From Deinococcota bacterium (GTDB taxonomy: Bacteria > Deinococcota > Deinococci > Deinococcales > Thermaceae): DNA of 64,000 nucleotides. A program made the position numbers and the translations under genes. The first letter of the stretch is position 1, and every line of letters starts with the position of its first letter. The notes under the pieces were generated by a model. It ran no database searches, had not been told where the DNA came from, and saw only the letters and a list, made by a program, of their open reading frames with translations. Location of the stretch: assembly GCA_041695225.1 (NCBI GenBank), contig JBGFRI010000011.1, positions 68,653-132,652 of the forward strand. Direction: 5' to 3'. Of the stretch, positions 37,308 through 47,649 are shown one piece after another.

Positions 37308-40300
37308 TTGAAGCACAGCGGTTCGTTCCTCAAGACTGTAGGCGGCCTGCTGCCCCCTGAGCTGTTGCAGCGTATAGCGGCTCTGGACAGGCGGCTGGGG
37401 GGCCTCGAGGCCCCGGACTACCACCTGGTGGGCGAGCGGATCGATGAGGCCATCAGCCGCAGCTGGGGCCGGATGCTGGCGGTCTGGAGCGGGTTTCGGG
37501 AGGTTCGGGCCGGCCTGCCGCCGGGCGAGCCAGCCACCGGACCAACCCGGGAGCGGCTGCTTCTGCCGCTGTTCAAGGAGCTGGGTTACGGCCACCTGGC
37601 CCTGTCCCGGGGCCTGGAATTAGCCGGTAAAAGTTATCCCATCTCCCACCTGTGGAACGGGGTACCGATCCATCTGGTGGGGGTGGGCGTAGACCTGGAC
37701 CGGCGCACCCCCGGGGCGGTGGGGGCGGCCCGGCAGAGCCCCCACGGTCTGGTGCAGGAGTACCTGAACCGCTCGGAGGCCCTGTGGGGCCTGGTCTCCA
37801 ATGGCCTCAAGCTGCGGCTCCTGCGCGATAACGCCAGCCTCACCCGCCAGGCTTACCTGGAGTTCGATCTGGAGGGCCTGCTGGAGGCCGGGGCTTATCG
37901 CGACTTTGCCCTGCTCTGGCTGCTGGTCCATGAGTCGCGGCTTTATACCGATGGCCGGCCAGTCGCGGACTGCTGGCTTGAGGGCTGGAGCCAGCAGGGG
38001 GCGGAGCAGGGCAAGCGGGCCCTGGAGCGCTTGAAGGACGGGGTGCGGACGGCCATTGAGCAGCTGGGCCGGGGTTTTCTGGAGTATCCGGCCAACACTC
38101 AGTTGAAGGAGGCGCTGCGCACCGGAAGCCTCACCCCCCAGGGTTACTACCGGGAGTTATTGCGCCTGGTCTACCGGCTGCTCTTCCTCTTCACCGCCGA
38201 GGACCGGGAGGTGCTGCTGGAGCCGGTCCGGGAAGGGGCTCCCGCCGAGGAGCGGCAGCGCTTAGAACAGGCCCGTGCGGTCTACCTTAAGCACTACTCC
38301 ACCGCCCGGCTGCGCCATCTCGCCGAGCGGGTCCGGGGCAGCCGCCACTCTGATCTCTATCGGCAGCACCGGCTGGTCGCGGGCTGGCTGAACGAAGCGG
38401 GTGCCGGGGCGCTGGCCCTGGTGCCCATCAACTCCATGCTCTTCGATCCCCAGGCCACGCCCCATCTGAGCCGGGCCGAGCTGGGCAACCGCGACCTGCT
38501 GGAGGCGGTGCGCTCCCTGGCCTTCATCCGGGATAACTCGGTGCTGCGCCCGGTGGATTACAAGAACCTGGGGGCAGAGGAGCTGGGCAGCGTCTACGAA
38601 CAGCTGCTGGAGCTAGTTCCCCAGGTTCAGGCCGCAGCCGCCCAGTTCAGGCTGGAAAACTTTGCCGGCAATGAGCGCAAGTCCAGCGGCAGCTACTACA
38701 CCCCCAGTTCGTTGATCGAGACGGTGCTGGACCAGGCCCTCCAGCCCAAGCTGGCGGAAGCTGTGCAGCAGGCCCGCCGTCTGCCGGAGGCCGAGCGGGA
38801 GAGACCGATTCTCTCCCTGCGGGTAGTAGACCCAGCGGTAGGCTCGGGCCACTTCCTGATCGCCGCCGCCCACCGCATGGCCCGGGCCCTGGCCCAGCTG
38901 CGCTCAGGGGAGGAGGAGCCCGGGCCGGAGGTGCTGCGCGGGGCGCTACGCGATGTGATCCGGCACTGCCTCTACGGGGTGGATATTAATGAGATGTCGG
39001 CTGAGCTCTGCCGGGTGGCCCTGTGGATCGAGATGGCCGAGCCGGGCAAGCCCCTGGGCTTTTTAGACCACCATATCAAGGTGGGCAACTCGCTGATCGG
39101 GGCCCCGCCCAACTTCTACGAGCTGGGTATCCCGACCGAGGCCCATAAGCGGGAGGATGTGCCGGAGAGCGCCCGGGCCAGCGCTAAAACCCTGGGCAAG
39201 AAGAAACTGGAGGAGTGGCGTTCCCGCTCCCATGGCTTGATATTCAAAGAGCCTCTCGCGGTGCCGCCCCTGGATGCTCCTGAGGACTCTCTTGAGCAGG
39301 TGCGCTCCAAGGCCCAGGCTTACCAGGAGTGGCGCGAGAGCGAGGCGGTGCGGAAGTACCAGTTTGTGGCCGACTACTGGACTGCGGCCTGGTTCGCCCA
39401 GCCCGGTCCTGGCCAGAAGCTGCCGGATATGACCGGCCTGGTCACCCTGGTTGAGACCCAGTTGACCAGGCTGGAGGCCGGGGAGATGCGGCGCAGCAGC
39501 GGCCTGGCCGGGGAGGTGGAGGAGGCCCGGGAGCGTTACCGGTTCTTCCATTGGTGGCTGGAGTTCGCCGAGGTCTACTTTGACCGCCAGACCGGGGAGC
39601 TGAAGCCCGATGGAGGTTTTGATGTAGTGCTGGGGAATCCGCCGTGGGAGCGGGTCAAGCTCCAGGAGAAGGAGTTTTTTGGCTCCAGGCATCCGCTGAT
39701 TGCCGGGGCTGAGAATGCTGCCCGGCGCAGGAGGCTCATCGAGAGCTTGAAGGAGAGCGATCCTGCGCTCTACGCGGCCTTCCAGGAGGCTCTCAGCGTA
39801 GCCGAGAACCAGGCCAGCTTCCTGCGTACCTCGGGCCGCTTTCCCCTCACCGGCGGGGGTGATGTCAACACCTACCAGGTCTTCGCCGAGCACAAGCGCA
39901 GCCTGATGAACCGCCAGGGCCGGGCCGGGATGATCGTGCCCACCGGGATTGCCACCGATGATTCCAACAAGGAGTTCTTCGCCGACCTGGTAGGGCGGGA
40001 GCAGCTGGCGGCGCTGCTGGACTTTGAGAACCGCGAGGGTCTGTTTCCTGGGGTACACCGCTCGTATAAGTTCAGCGTCCTGGCCCTCAGGGGCCGGGAA
40101 GCCGGGAGCAGCGCCCCGGCCCGGCTGACTTTTTTCGCCACCAATGTGGGTCACCTCGAGGAGGTCGAGCGGGTCTTTAGCCTGAGCCCGGAGGAGTTTG
40201 CCCTGCTCAATCCCAATACCCGCACCTGCCCGGTCTTCCGCACCCGCACCGACGCCGAGCTGACCAGGAAGATCTACCGCCGGGTGCCGGTGCTGTGGCG

Positions 40301-41393
40301 GGAAGAGCCGGAGGAGAATCCCTGGGGTATCCGGTTCTTACGGCTTTTCGACATGTCCAACGACTCGCGCCTTTTTAAGACCCGGGGGGAACTCGAGGGC
40401 CTGGGCTACCGGCTGGTAGGAAACCGGATGATGAAGGAAGGCTCGGTCTACCTGCCGCTTTACGAGGCCAAGCTGATCTGGCAGTTTGACCACCGCTTTG
40501 CCACCTACGACGGGGGCGAGACCCATGACCTGACCCCGGCTGAACATGCCAGCCCGGAGGTCCTGCCCCTGCCGCGCTACTGGGTGCCAGAGGAAGAGGT
40601 GGAGGAGCGGCTGGTGCTGCGGGACAGGCAGGGGAATCTGGTCTGGCGGTGGGAGCGGGGGTGGTTGATGGGGTTTCGGGCTGTTGCTCGCTCAACCGAT
40701 GAACGCACTTTTATCGCTGGTCTCCACCCTAAATCTGCTGTTGGTAACAGCCTTGTCATGATTGGCTCGGATGTACCCCATGGACAACAGCAAGCTGTTC
40801 TAAATGCCAATCTTAATTGTATTATCTTAGACTACATCGTTCGCCAGAAAGTTGGGGGGACTAACATGAATATGTTCTACGTCAAGCAGTTCCCTGTCCT
40901 CCCCCCATCCGCCTACGCACCCGCAGACCTTCACTTCATCGTCCCGCGAGTCCTCGAGCTGACCTATACCGCCTGGGATCTGGCTCCCTTTGCTGAGGAT
41001 GTCTGGGACGAGGCCGATGACGGCCTGCGCGGGCTGTTGCGGCAGCAGTGGGAGGCCAACGGCGGCGGCCACCCTGACCAGCCGCCGGCCTGGGTGGATA
41101 GCCCTTATCCTTTCCCGCCTTTCCGCTGGGAGGCGGAGCGGCGGGCTCTGCTGCGGGCTGAGCTGGACGCTTATTATGCCCGGCTCTACGGTCTCGACCG
41201 GGAGGAGCTGCGGTACATCCTTGACCCGCAAAGCGTGAAGGGGCCGGACTTCCCCGGGGAGACCTTCCGGGTCTTGAAGGAGAAAGAGACCCGGGCCTTT
41301 GGCGAGTACCGGACTATGAGATTGGTGCTCGAGGCGTGGGATCGGCTGGATCAGTTAGGGTTTGGCAAAGAGTTAATTACTTCCCGGCAGTAA
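37308..41393 (+). CDS. large N6-adenine DNA methyltransferase (Eco57I/type IIG- or DrmMI-like)
   Basis: ELGSVYE, GSYYTP, DPAVGSGHFL, GNPPW; C-terminal TRD. Confidence 0.9.
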   Translation: MKHSGSFLKTVGGLLPPELLQRIAALDRRLGGLEAPDYHLVGERIDEAISRSWGRMLAVWSGFREVRAGLPPGEPATGPTRERLLLPLFKELGYGHLALSRGLELAGKSYPISHLWNGVPIHLVGVGVDLDRRTPGAVGAARQSPHGLVQEYLNRSEALWGLVSNGLKLRLLRDNASLTRQAYLEFDLEGLLEAGAYRDFALLWLLVHESRLYTDGRPVADCWLEGWSQQGAEQGKRALERLKDGVRTAIEQLGRGFLEYPANTQLKEALRTGSLTPQGYYRELLRLVYRLLFLFTAEDREVLLEPVREGAPAEERQRLEQARAVYLKHYSTARLRHLAERVRGSRHSDLYRQHRLVAGWLNEAGAGALALVPINSMLFDPQATPHLSRAELGNRDLLEAVRSLAFIRDNSVLRPVDYKNLGAEELGSVYEQLLELVPQVQAAAAQFRLENFAGNERKSSGSYYTPSSLIETVLDQALQPKLAEAVQQARRLPEAERERPILSLRVVDPAVGSGHFLIAAAHRMARALAQLRSGEEEPGPEVLRGALRDVIRHCLYGVDINEMSAELCRVALWIEMAEPGKPLGFLDHHIKVGNSLIGAPPNFYELGIPTEAHKREDVPESARASAKTLGKKKLEEWRSRSHGLIFKEPLAVPPLDAPEDSLEQVRSKAQAYQEWRESEAVRKYQFVADYWTAAWFAQPGPGQKLPDMTGLVTLVETQLTRLEAGEMRRSSGLAGEVEEARERYRFFHWWLEFAEVYFDRQTGELKPDGGFDVVLGNPPWERVKLQEKEFFGSRHPLIAGAENAARRRRLIESLKESDPALYAAFQEALSVAENQASFLRTSGRFPLTGGGDVNTYQVFAEHKRSLMNRQGRAGMIVPTGIATDDSNKEFFADLVGREQLAALLDFENREGLFPGVHRSYKFSVLALRGREAGSSAPARLTFFATNVGHLEEVERVFSLSPEEFALLNPNTRTCPVFRTRTDAELTRKIYRRVPVLWREEPEENPWGIRFLRLFDMSNDSRLFKTRGELEGLGYRLVGNRMMKEGSVYLPLYEAKLIWQFDHRFATYDGGETHDLTPAEHASPEVLPLPRYWVPEEEVEERLVLRDRQGNLVWRWERGWLMGFRAVARSTDERTFIAGLHPKSAVGNSLVMIGSDVPHGQQQAVLNANLNCIILDYIVRQKVGGTNMNMFYVKQFPVLPPSAYAPADLHFIVPRVLELTYTAWDLAPFAEDVWDEADDGLRGLLRQQWEANGGGHPDQPPAWVDSPYPFPPFRWEAERRALLRAELDAYYARLYGLDREELRYILDPQSVKGPDFPGETFRVLKEKETRAFGEYRTMRLVLEAWDRLDQLGFGKELITSRQ

Positions 41394-41732
41394 GGGCAGC
41401 ACGAGGCTTAACCTGATAGTTTCTTGCCTTGCTTCTGTTGTTCTTGCAGGTTTTAGCTTTATTGGTCCCAACAAGAACAACACCCATCCTCAGATGGAGT
41501 GCATCGCTCCGGTTATTGCAGGAATAGCAAAGCGGCACAATGCGTTCCTGGCCTCCACCTTCCTGGATCATGTCGCCACCGACCTCTGCTAAATTCGAGC
41601 ATTTCTCAACCGAACACTCTGATGGCCAGGACTTTCCTGGAAGATTCAACCAGCGCTGTTTCCAGCTGCCGCATTAACACGACCTCTCGCTCGTGCCCTT
41701 TTTGTTCTTCCAAAGCGTTCTTGTGGGAAACA
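41377..41732 (-). pseudogene. small Cys-rich HNH-like protein with in-frame stop at 41674-41676
   Basis: WKNKKGTSERSC*CGSWKQRW...CSVEKC...VPLCYSCN; start approximate. Confidence 0.5.
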
Positions 41733-41836
41733 AGGCTTTTCCCACCAAGAAGAGGGCAATACCACCTACGATAATAGTGAGTGGCTCTATTCTCATAACA
41801 TGATCTTAAAAGCTCCACTTCATTTTGCACAGCGCC

Positions 41837-43392
41837 TGTCAAGCCATCAATAAATGTTACCGAACCCTCTATCGTCGCTCCATCAAAGACATTACCGAGG
41901 CAGGGCCTCGTTTCGTGCGGTCCGGGGCTCCGAGGGTGACAATAGGGAGGCCCGGTTGCGGGTGAGCTCGTGCAGTGGTGAGTTCGTGCAGTTGTGACAC
42001 GCTCGGCAGCAGTGAGCTTTTGACGCTGCGGCAGAGCGGCCAGGCCATGGATCCGGGTAAGTTTGCGCTCAATCGCCTTGGCCAGCGCGAAGGGGTCGAG
42101 GCGAGCCCGCAGTTCCTGGAGGGTGCGGATCCTGGTGAGATCACCCTGGCCGGAGGCGATGAGGCGGTCCAGCGGGGTCTGCGGCTGGTCGTAGACGCGG
42201 TGGAGCCGGGAGCCGAGGCGGACTTTCTGAACCAGCTTCACCGAGGGCTGGAAGAGGTTCATCATCACGTTTCGCCAGCTGACTAACCTGCGCTATCAGG
42301 CTCCACTCGTGACGGTAGAGGTCGTTGATGGCCGCGAGCGCCTCGGGGGTGTCGTAGCGGTCCCAGCCCAGCAGTTTGCGGACATGGATTAATCATCCTC
42401 GTCCTCGGCCAGTCCGGTAATTAATCGATGGGTCCAGTTTTTCTGCTCGACTAGGTTACGGCTTTGCCGGAATCGCGTAAGCGACTCGCCTCGTGGGCGT
42501 TGTCGTCTGCGGGTGAACTGAATGGAGTAGGTAGTGGAGTGGCCGGTCATGTCTGATGCCTACTTCATCCCGCGGGCCTGGCAGTAGCGAAACAGGTGGC
42601 CATTGATGAACTCGACCCCATTATCGGAGTCCAGGCCCTTGAGCAAGAGGGGCAGGGCCGCGGCGATCTCCTCCAGGGCCTTGTGGACGCCGTACTGGCT
42701 CTTGCCCAGTGCCGCCCGAGTCTCGGTCCAGGCGCTGGCGATGTCGGTAAAGTTCAACGAGTGGAGGTACGAGCCGTCAGTAGCGCCCCCGCCGTGATCT
42801 ACCAGATCGATCTCGCCAAACCCTGGCGCCGTGACCTCCCAGCGATCGGCTTTGATGGGGATGTGGTGTTTGAGGAGGGTACCGGGTTTGGTACGACCGT
42901 ACTGGCGGCGGCTAAGCCGCTGCTTATGCGGCTTTAGCCGGCGGTCTATGGTGCGAGGGCTGATGGCGAGCAACTGCTGCTCGACTGATGGGGGGATAGC
43001 CCAGCGCTGCTTGGCCCAGGGTAGCCAGAGCGGCAGCAGGGCTTTCAGACGCACCGACCAGGGAAAGTCTGCGGCTTCCCAGATGGCCTTGAGCACGGCC
43101 AGCGCCTGGTCTCCATAGGTCCGGGCGGGGGATCGGCGTGAGCGCCCTGGCGGGAGGCGGCCAGCACCCGGATGGCTGCCTTGCGATGATAGCCCAGGGT
43201 GGCACAGAACTCGTCCAGGATCTGCCCCTTGGCCTGTTTAGAGGCTTGGGCATAGCGCTTGCTAACGGCTTGGATATACTCCCGCTTCGACATCGGACTC
43301 ATGGCGAATCTCCATGGAAACAAGGTCAGTCTCGGTAACAGTTTCCATGGCGAGACGATACTCCCTTCGGTAACAGTTTAGATGGCGCGATT
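41837..43392 (-). mobile_element. degenerate ISNCY-type DDE (rve) insertion sequence
   Basis: Transposase fragments RY..ASK..KG.ILDEFC, EIDLV.H.G, DSDNG.EF, DDNAH/VEQKN; long imperfect inverted ends with repeated RTTACCGA boxes, TGT at 41837; 43392 boundary uncertain. Confidence 0.85.
42452..42492 (+). repeat. 41-bp micro-insertion, copy 1
   Basis: Splits DDNAH|VEQKN; matches the reverse complement of 61172-61213 except for one T. Confidence 0.9.
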
Positions 43393-43439
43393 GGGGGGAT
43401 GTTGTCGTTTGAACTTTTTTAGTACACTACAAATCAAGT

Positions 43440-44921
43440 ATGCAACTACGGCTAGATGAGGTTTTCAAAATTTCTGGCGTACCGACTTTCACATTTGTCA
43501 AACCTACCGAATACACTAAGCTTCTGGTTTCCTTGCAAACACCAGGAAGAAGCCTCGTAGTCGAGGGGCCTTCTGGGATCGGTAAAACTACCAGCGTCAA
43601 ACAGGCCTTAAAAGAGTTGGGAATGCAACATTCGGCTACAGTACTCAGCGCCCGAAGACAGTCAGATAGAGAAGTTGTTACCCTAATTCCAGTAATGAAG
43701 GATAACGGCATAGTTATCATTGATGACTTTCATCGCCTTGATAATGATGTAAAAAGCTCTATTGCCGACTTCGCAAAAATCTTGGCAGATGAGGAAGACC
43801 CCAACACAAAACTCATTCTAATTGGCATAAATCGAGCTGGTGAAACACTTGTCAATTTTGCAGCCGACTTGGCAAACCGGATCGACAATATCCGATTTGA
43901 GGCAAATCCTTCAGAAAAAATTGAAGAGTTGATTTCTAAAGGCGAACAGGCACTGAATGTGAAACTATCATCGAAAAGCCAAATCGTAGATGATGCACGA
44001 GGCAGTTTCTACATCACACAGATGCTTTGTCATCATGCTTGTATTTTGCGTGACGTTGCAACTTGCCAACCCGTTCAAAAGACAATTGATGTGGGAATTG
44101 ATGCCATTAAGTTGGGCGTACTAGAGGATGTGTCAAGGCAATTCAAAAACTCCGTAATCAAGTTTGTTCGAGGGCCAAAGTTTAGACCTGGAGGACGGGG
44201 ATCCTATGTTCATCTCTTAAAGTGGATTGCAGAATCTACAGAGTGGTCTATGCACATACGTAGGCGGTTGGCACAAAACCCTGAGCTTCGGCCAAGTATT
44301 GTGCAAATCTTAGACAAGGGTTTCCTGGAAGGTTTTCTTCGAGCCAATGAAGAATTTGGGAATCTACTGCACTACGATCCACACACAGGAATTCTCGTTG
44401 TCGAAGATCCAAGGTTTATGTACTTTATTCGCAACATAAACTGGACTGTACTTGCCAAGGACGCAGGGTTTTTGGAGGTAGAGTTCCCACACAAATACGA
44501 TTTTGCACTTTCGTTTGCTGGTGCAGATCGAATTACTGCTGAAATGTTCGCTGCAAGATTAATTGAAGCCGAAGTTAGTGTTTTCTACGATAAGAATGAA
44601 CAATCATCTATTCTTGCCGAGAATGTTGAAGAGTACTTAGCTCCAATCTATCAGAGCCAAGCAAGATTTGTTGTCGTTTTCCTTACCAATAACTATCCGC
44701 AAAGAGTATGGACCAAGTTTGAGTCCGATCAATTTAAGACAAGAATGGGAGATGGTGATGTTATTCCAATTCGATTTGAAGACTCATCTGAAAGTTTCTT
44801 TAGTGAAACGTCAAAATTGGGAAGTATTTTTATTGACAAATCTAAAGACACTGAAGAGCAGATAGACCAAGCAATTGAGTTGCTTCTCAGAAAAATAGAG
44901 GAGTCTAGAATCAAAAATTAG
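43440..44921 (+). CDS. P-loop ATPase fused to C-terminal TIR domain (candidate defence effector)
   Basis: GPSGIGKTT, IIDDFH; YDFALSFAGADR...VFYD...WTKFE; visibly AT-richer than flanks. Confidence 0.85.
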   Translation: MQLRLDEVFKISGVPTFTFVKPTEYTKLLVSLQTPGRSLVVEGPSGIGKTTSVKQALKELGMQHSATVLSARRQSDREVVTLIPVMKDNGIVIIDDFHRLDNDVKSSIADFAKILADEEDPNTKLILIGINRAGETLVNFAADLANRIDNIRFEANPSEKIEELISKGEQALNVKLSSKSQIVDDARGSFYITQMLCHHACILRDVATCQPVQKTIDVGIDAIKLGVLEDVSRQFKNSVIKFVRGPKFRPGGRGSYVHLLKWIAESTEWSMHIRRRLAQNPELRPSIVQILDKGFLEGFLRANEEFGNLLHYDPHTGILVVEDPRFMYFIRNINWTVLAKDAGFLEVEFPHKYDFALSFAGADRITAEMFAARLIEAEVSVFYDKNEQSSILAENVEEYLAPIYQSQARFVVVFLTNNYPQRVWTKFESDQFKTRMGDGDVIPIRFEDSSESFFSETSKLGSIFIDKSKDTEEQIDQAIELLLRKIEESRIKN

Positions 44922-45186
44922 ATTTCGATAATTGAGCGTGAAACCTACTGGGCCTGCAAGCATCAACTGCCACGGAGATATTCGGGCCATAACTTTTGGT
45001 CAGTCTGAAGTGCGGTTGCAGATTGTTGGAGCTGGTGAGCGCATCGGTGTTTTCACGGATCACGGTACGCTGGCAGTCAGCACCAAGGAGGCGGGCAGTG
45101 CAGGTGAGTATCGCATCCGCACCCCGAGCCCGGCGACAGCTGTTCAGCTGGACGATTGTCCGGTGGTTGATCTAAGGTGAAGCGCT

Positions 45187-45400
45187 TCATACTGCGTGCG
45201 CAACCCCCAGCTCCACAGCCACCGTATGGAGGGGCTTGTCCCAGGTCCACAGCCGCGCATCGCCGGCCAGGACTACCGAAGCCAGTAGGTGGACATCGAG
45301 GTAGCCGAGGCCCCGGCCCATCAGGGCGTACTGGTTAATAAAGGTCAGGGCCTCGGGGTCGGTGGCCCTGGGCATGTGGCGGCCCAGCAGGCAGCAGTTA
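45187..45400 (-). pseudogene. 3' fragment of VapC/PIN toxin
   Basis: GRGLGYLDVHLLAS...LWTWDK; 5' part missing. Confidence 0.7.
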
Positions 45401-45823
45401 CTCGGTTTGGTTCCAATCGAAGGCAAGGGTTTTGACCCAGGGCATATGGGCAAAGTCTTGCGCGTTTTCAGTAACAAGCACCCTGTTGGTTGCCCATGCA
45501 CAGGCGGCAATCATCAGGTCGAAAGCTTTTTTGTGGGGGTTGCGTGTTTTGGGCAAGCCCAGTTTGACCGCTTCTCGGGCGGCTTTGTTGGCGGCCTTTT
45601 CATCAAAAGGTACAATCTCAAATCGCTCAAACAAAGCCTCGATGCTCTTTTCTTGTCGGGGGTCAACCACAAACTCGCCAACTGCATACTCGATCTTCAC
45701 CAGGGCGCTGGTCACAAGCTGCTGGTCCTTGAGCGCCTGCAACACACGCAAAGCCTCCGGCTGCTTGCGCCGGAGGGCAATAAAAAAGTTGGAGTCCAGG
45801 AGAATGCGCCCGGGTATTTTCAT
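45398..45823 (-). CDS. vapC: VapC PIN-domain toxin
   Basis: ILLDSN, FDLMIAA, LVTENAQDF. Confidence 0.9.
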   Translation of the reverse strand: MKIPGRILLDSNFFIALRRKQPEALRVLQALKDQQLVTSALVKIEYAVGEFVVDPRQEKSIEALFERFEIVPFDEKAANKAAREAVKLGLPKTRNPHKKAFDLMIAACAWATNRVLVTENAQDFAHMPWVKTLAFDWNQTE

Positions 45824-46035
45824 TACTGTGTGGCTTTAGCAATGACGCTCTTAGCCCGCTTTCTGCTTCGGACTTTGGAAGCTTTTGCCAACACAGCAAA
45901 CTCACGACCGCTAAAGCTCTTGATGGCTGCGGCCATTTTCTTGGCTCTTGCAGGGGTCAAGGGGGGCATGCCCTCCAAGATAGCCAGCACCTGCGCGGCT
46001 TTTGGGCTAACAGGCTGGATAACAGCGGCCTTCAT
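45823..46035 (-). CDS. probable cognate antitoxin
   Basis: Small basic ORF coupled (TAATG) upstream of vapC. Confidence 0.6.
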   Translation of the reverse strand: MKAAVIQPVSPKAAQVLAILEGMPPLTPARAKKMAAAIKSFSGREFAVLAKASKVRSRKRAKSVIAKATQ

Positions 46036-46306
46036 GTCTCTTATTGTACATCAATACGCACCACTGATCACGGTGATTCCCATTACCAGCCAGGGTCTGG
46101 ACAGTAGCTACCCCGTGCAGCTGCTCCTGCCCTATACCCAGACCGGCTTGCCCAGAGATTCCAAAGCCCAGGTAGCTGATTGGGCAGATCCGCAAAGACC
46201 GTATCGTGCGCCCGCTAGGACGGCTGAGCGCCGAGCTACTGGCCGAGCTTGACCGCAGAATTCGCGAGCATCTGGCATCGTAGTTAGGGATGGCGGGTGG
46301 CTGCGC

Positions 46307-46830
46307 TTAACCACCCAGCTCGGCCCGCGCCAGCAGCTTACGCTTCAGCTCGGGGGTAAGGCGGATGCCGCCGTGCTCCAGCCTGGCGAGATCGTCCTCA
46401 AGCGCGCGGTCGGCGCGCCCCAGACGATGAATGCGTAAGAGAATCCCGAGGGTTCCAACCAGCGGCAGCCCGATACCCTGCGCGTACCTGCGCGCTTTCA
46501 GGTCGTCCAGTACGACCAGGATCGGTGCACCCCCGCCTGCGTGAGATCGAGCGCCAAGGCGATGACCTCTTCCTCGCCGGGGTCAGCCAGGAGGTCGTTG
46601 CGGACTCTAAGCAGCGTCTCGTCACTTGGGTGACGCAGCTCGACCCAGTCGCGCCGGGGGATACTGCTTCCCGGAGCGCCGGGACGAGCGGTGAGTTCAG
46701 CCGCAACTTGCGGGGAAACAAGGACGCGATACAAGCCAGGGAGCAGTGATGTATAGCCCAGCAGGTCGAGAAAGATGAGCGGACTGGCGTCGAAGACCGC
46801 CTCAATCCTGGTGGGCGTGCCGGAGTTCAT
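46307..46830 (-). pseudogene. DUF3368-type PIN protein, frameshift at G5 run (46530-46534)
   Basis: VFDASPLI, DPGEEEVIALA, then DDLKARR..GTLGIL in the shifted frame; +1 G restores 174 aa. Confidence 0.75.
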
Positions 46831-47050
46831 CGTCCAGGTCGTCGGGGGTGAGGTTGGGGTACGGCAGCCCGTGGCGTGTGTACCACTGGACCGCCTCCCA
46901 GCGGCTCATGCCGAGCAGCGTTCCTGCCCTACCAAGGCTCATCCGCCCCTCGCTCACCAGCTTGAGCAGGACACCCTCAAGAACGTCCTGCTGCAACTGG
47001 GGGCCAGCAGCATCGAGAACGTCCTGCGGTAAGTCGAGTCGTACAGCCAT
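46802..47050 (-). CDS. UPF0175-family antitoxin
   Basis: L..EG.MSLGRA..LLGMSR.E...DDLDDEL; AGGGAGG RBS. Confidence 0.85.
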   Translation of the reverse strand: MAVRLDLPQDVLDAAGPQLQQDVLEGVLLKLVSEGRMSLGRAGTLLGMSRWEAVQWYTRHGLPYPNLTPDDLDDELRHAHQD

Positions 47051-47200
47051 TCACCTACCTCCCTTTCATTATAGTAGCGGTTGCAGGGCTAAGCGAAAGA
47101 GTACCCTGCGCCGCGAACTGGGGAAGGAGCTGGTCTTGCTGGCCTGGGCCATAGGGGAATACCGGGCCTGCCCCTTCACTTTGCTGCGGGCTTAAGCGCG

Positions 47201-47452
47201 ATTCCCGCCATCATTGAAACTCTAGTTCGGCGGGGGGCAGAGATAAATGCGCGGAATCAGAGAGGTATGACGCCTCTGCACTATGCGGCGGCCAAAAGCA
47301 CTACTTCAGCCATTGCCGTAACACTGCTAGAGCTGGGGGCCGACCCCAGAGTGCGTACCTCGGCAGGCAGCACTGCCTGGGATCTGATTCAACACAACCA
47401 GAAACTGCGAAACACCCCGGCCTTTCGGCGGCTCAGCGAGATACGGTTTTAG
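47201..47452 (+). pseudogene. ankyrin-repeat protein 3' remnant
   Basis: LVRRGAEINARNQRGMTPLHYAA...LLELGADP; no 5' part. Confidence 0.7.
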
Positions 47453-47649
47453 CAGAAGCACTGACCTGGCCGGGCCTTTCACACCGCCAATCAAACGTGA
47501 GTGTGTTGCCGGCTGTGTACGTGATTGTGCATAACTCTCGGCGATCACGGTGCATCGCTCGGTGGCGATTAATACCCAGGTAGTGAAAGTGGCGATTGCA
47601 GGTATGACAGTAACAGGTTTTCATTGCGGTCTCCTTCTCGTTGGTTGGA

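Noticed and set aside
33131..40154. Long antisense ORFs (320, 351 and 363 aa) opposite the helicase/MTase operon
   Set aside because: Shadow frames expected in high-GC coding DNA; no motifs or RBS
41606..42268. 220-aa ORF as a real gene
   Set aside because: It is the transposase 3' fragment reading through the IS end into unrelated DNA
47095..47155. RRELGKELVLLAWAI resembles a DUF3780 (DUF499-system associated) fragment
   Set aside because: Too short, no start or partner genes; at most a scar
47433..47630. Small CxCxxC/His ORF downstream of the recombinase
   Set aside because: Plausible (RBS present) but no recognisable family, and it overlaps the ankyrin remnant; cannot be supported further
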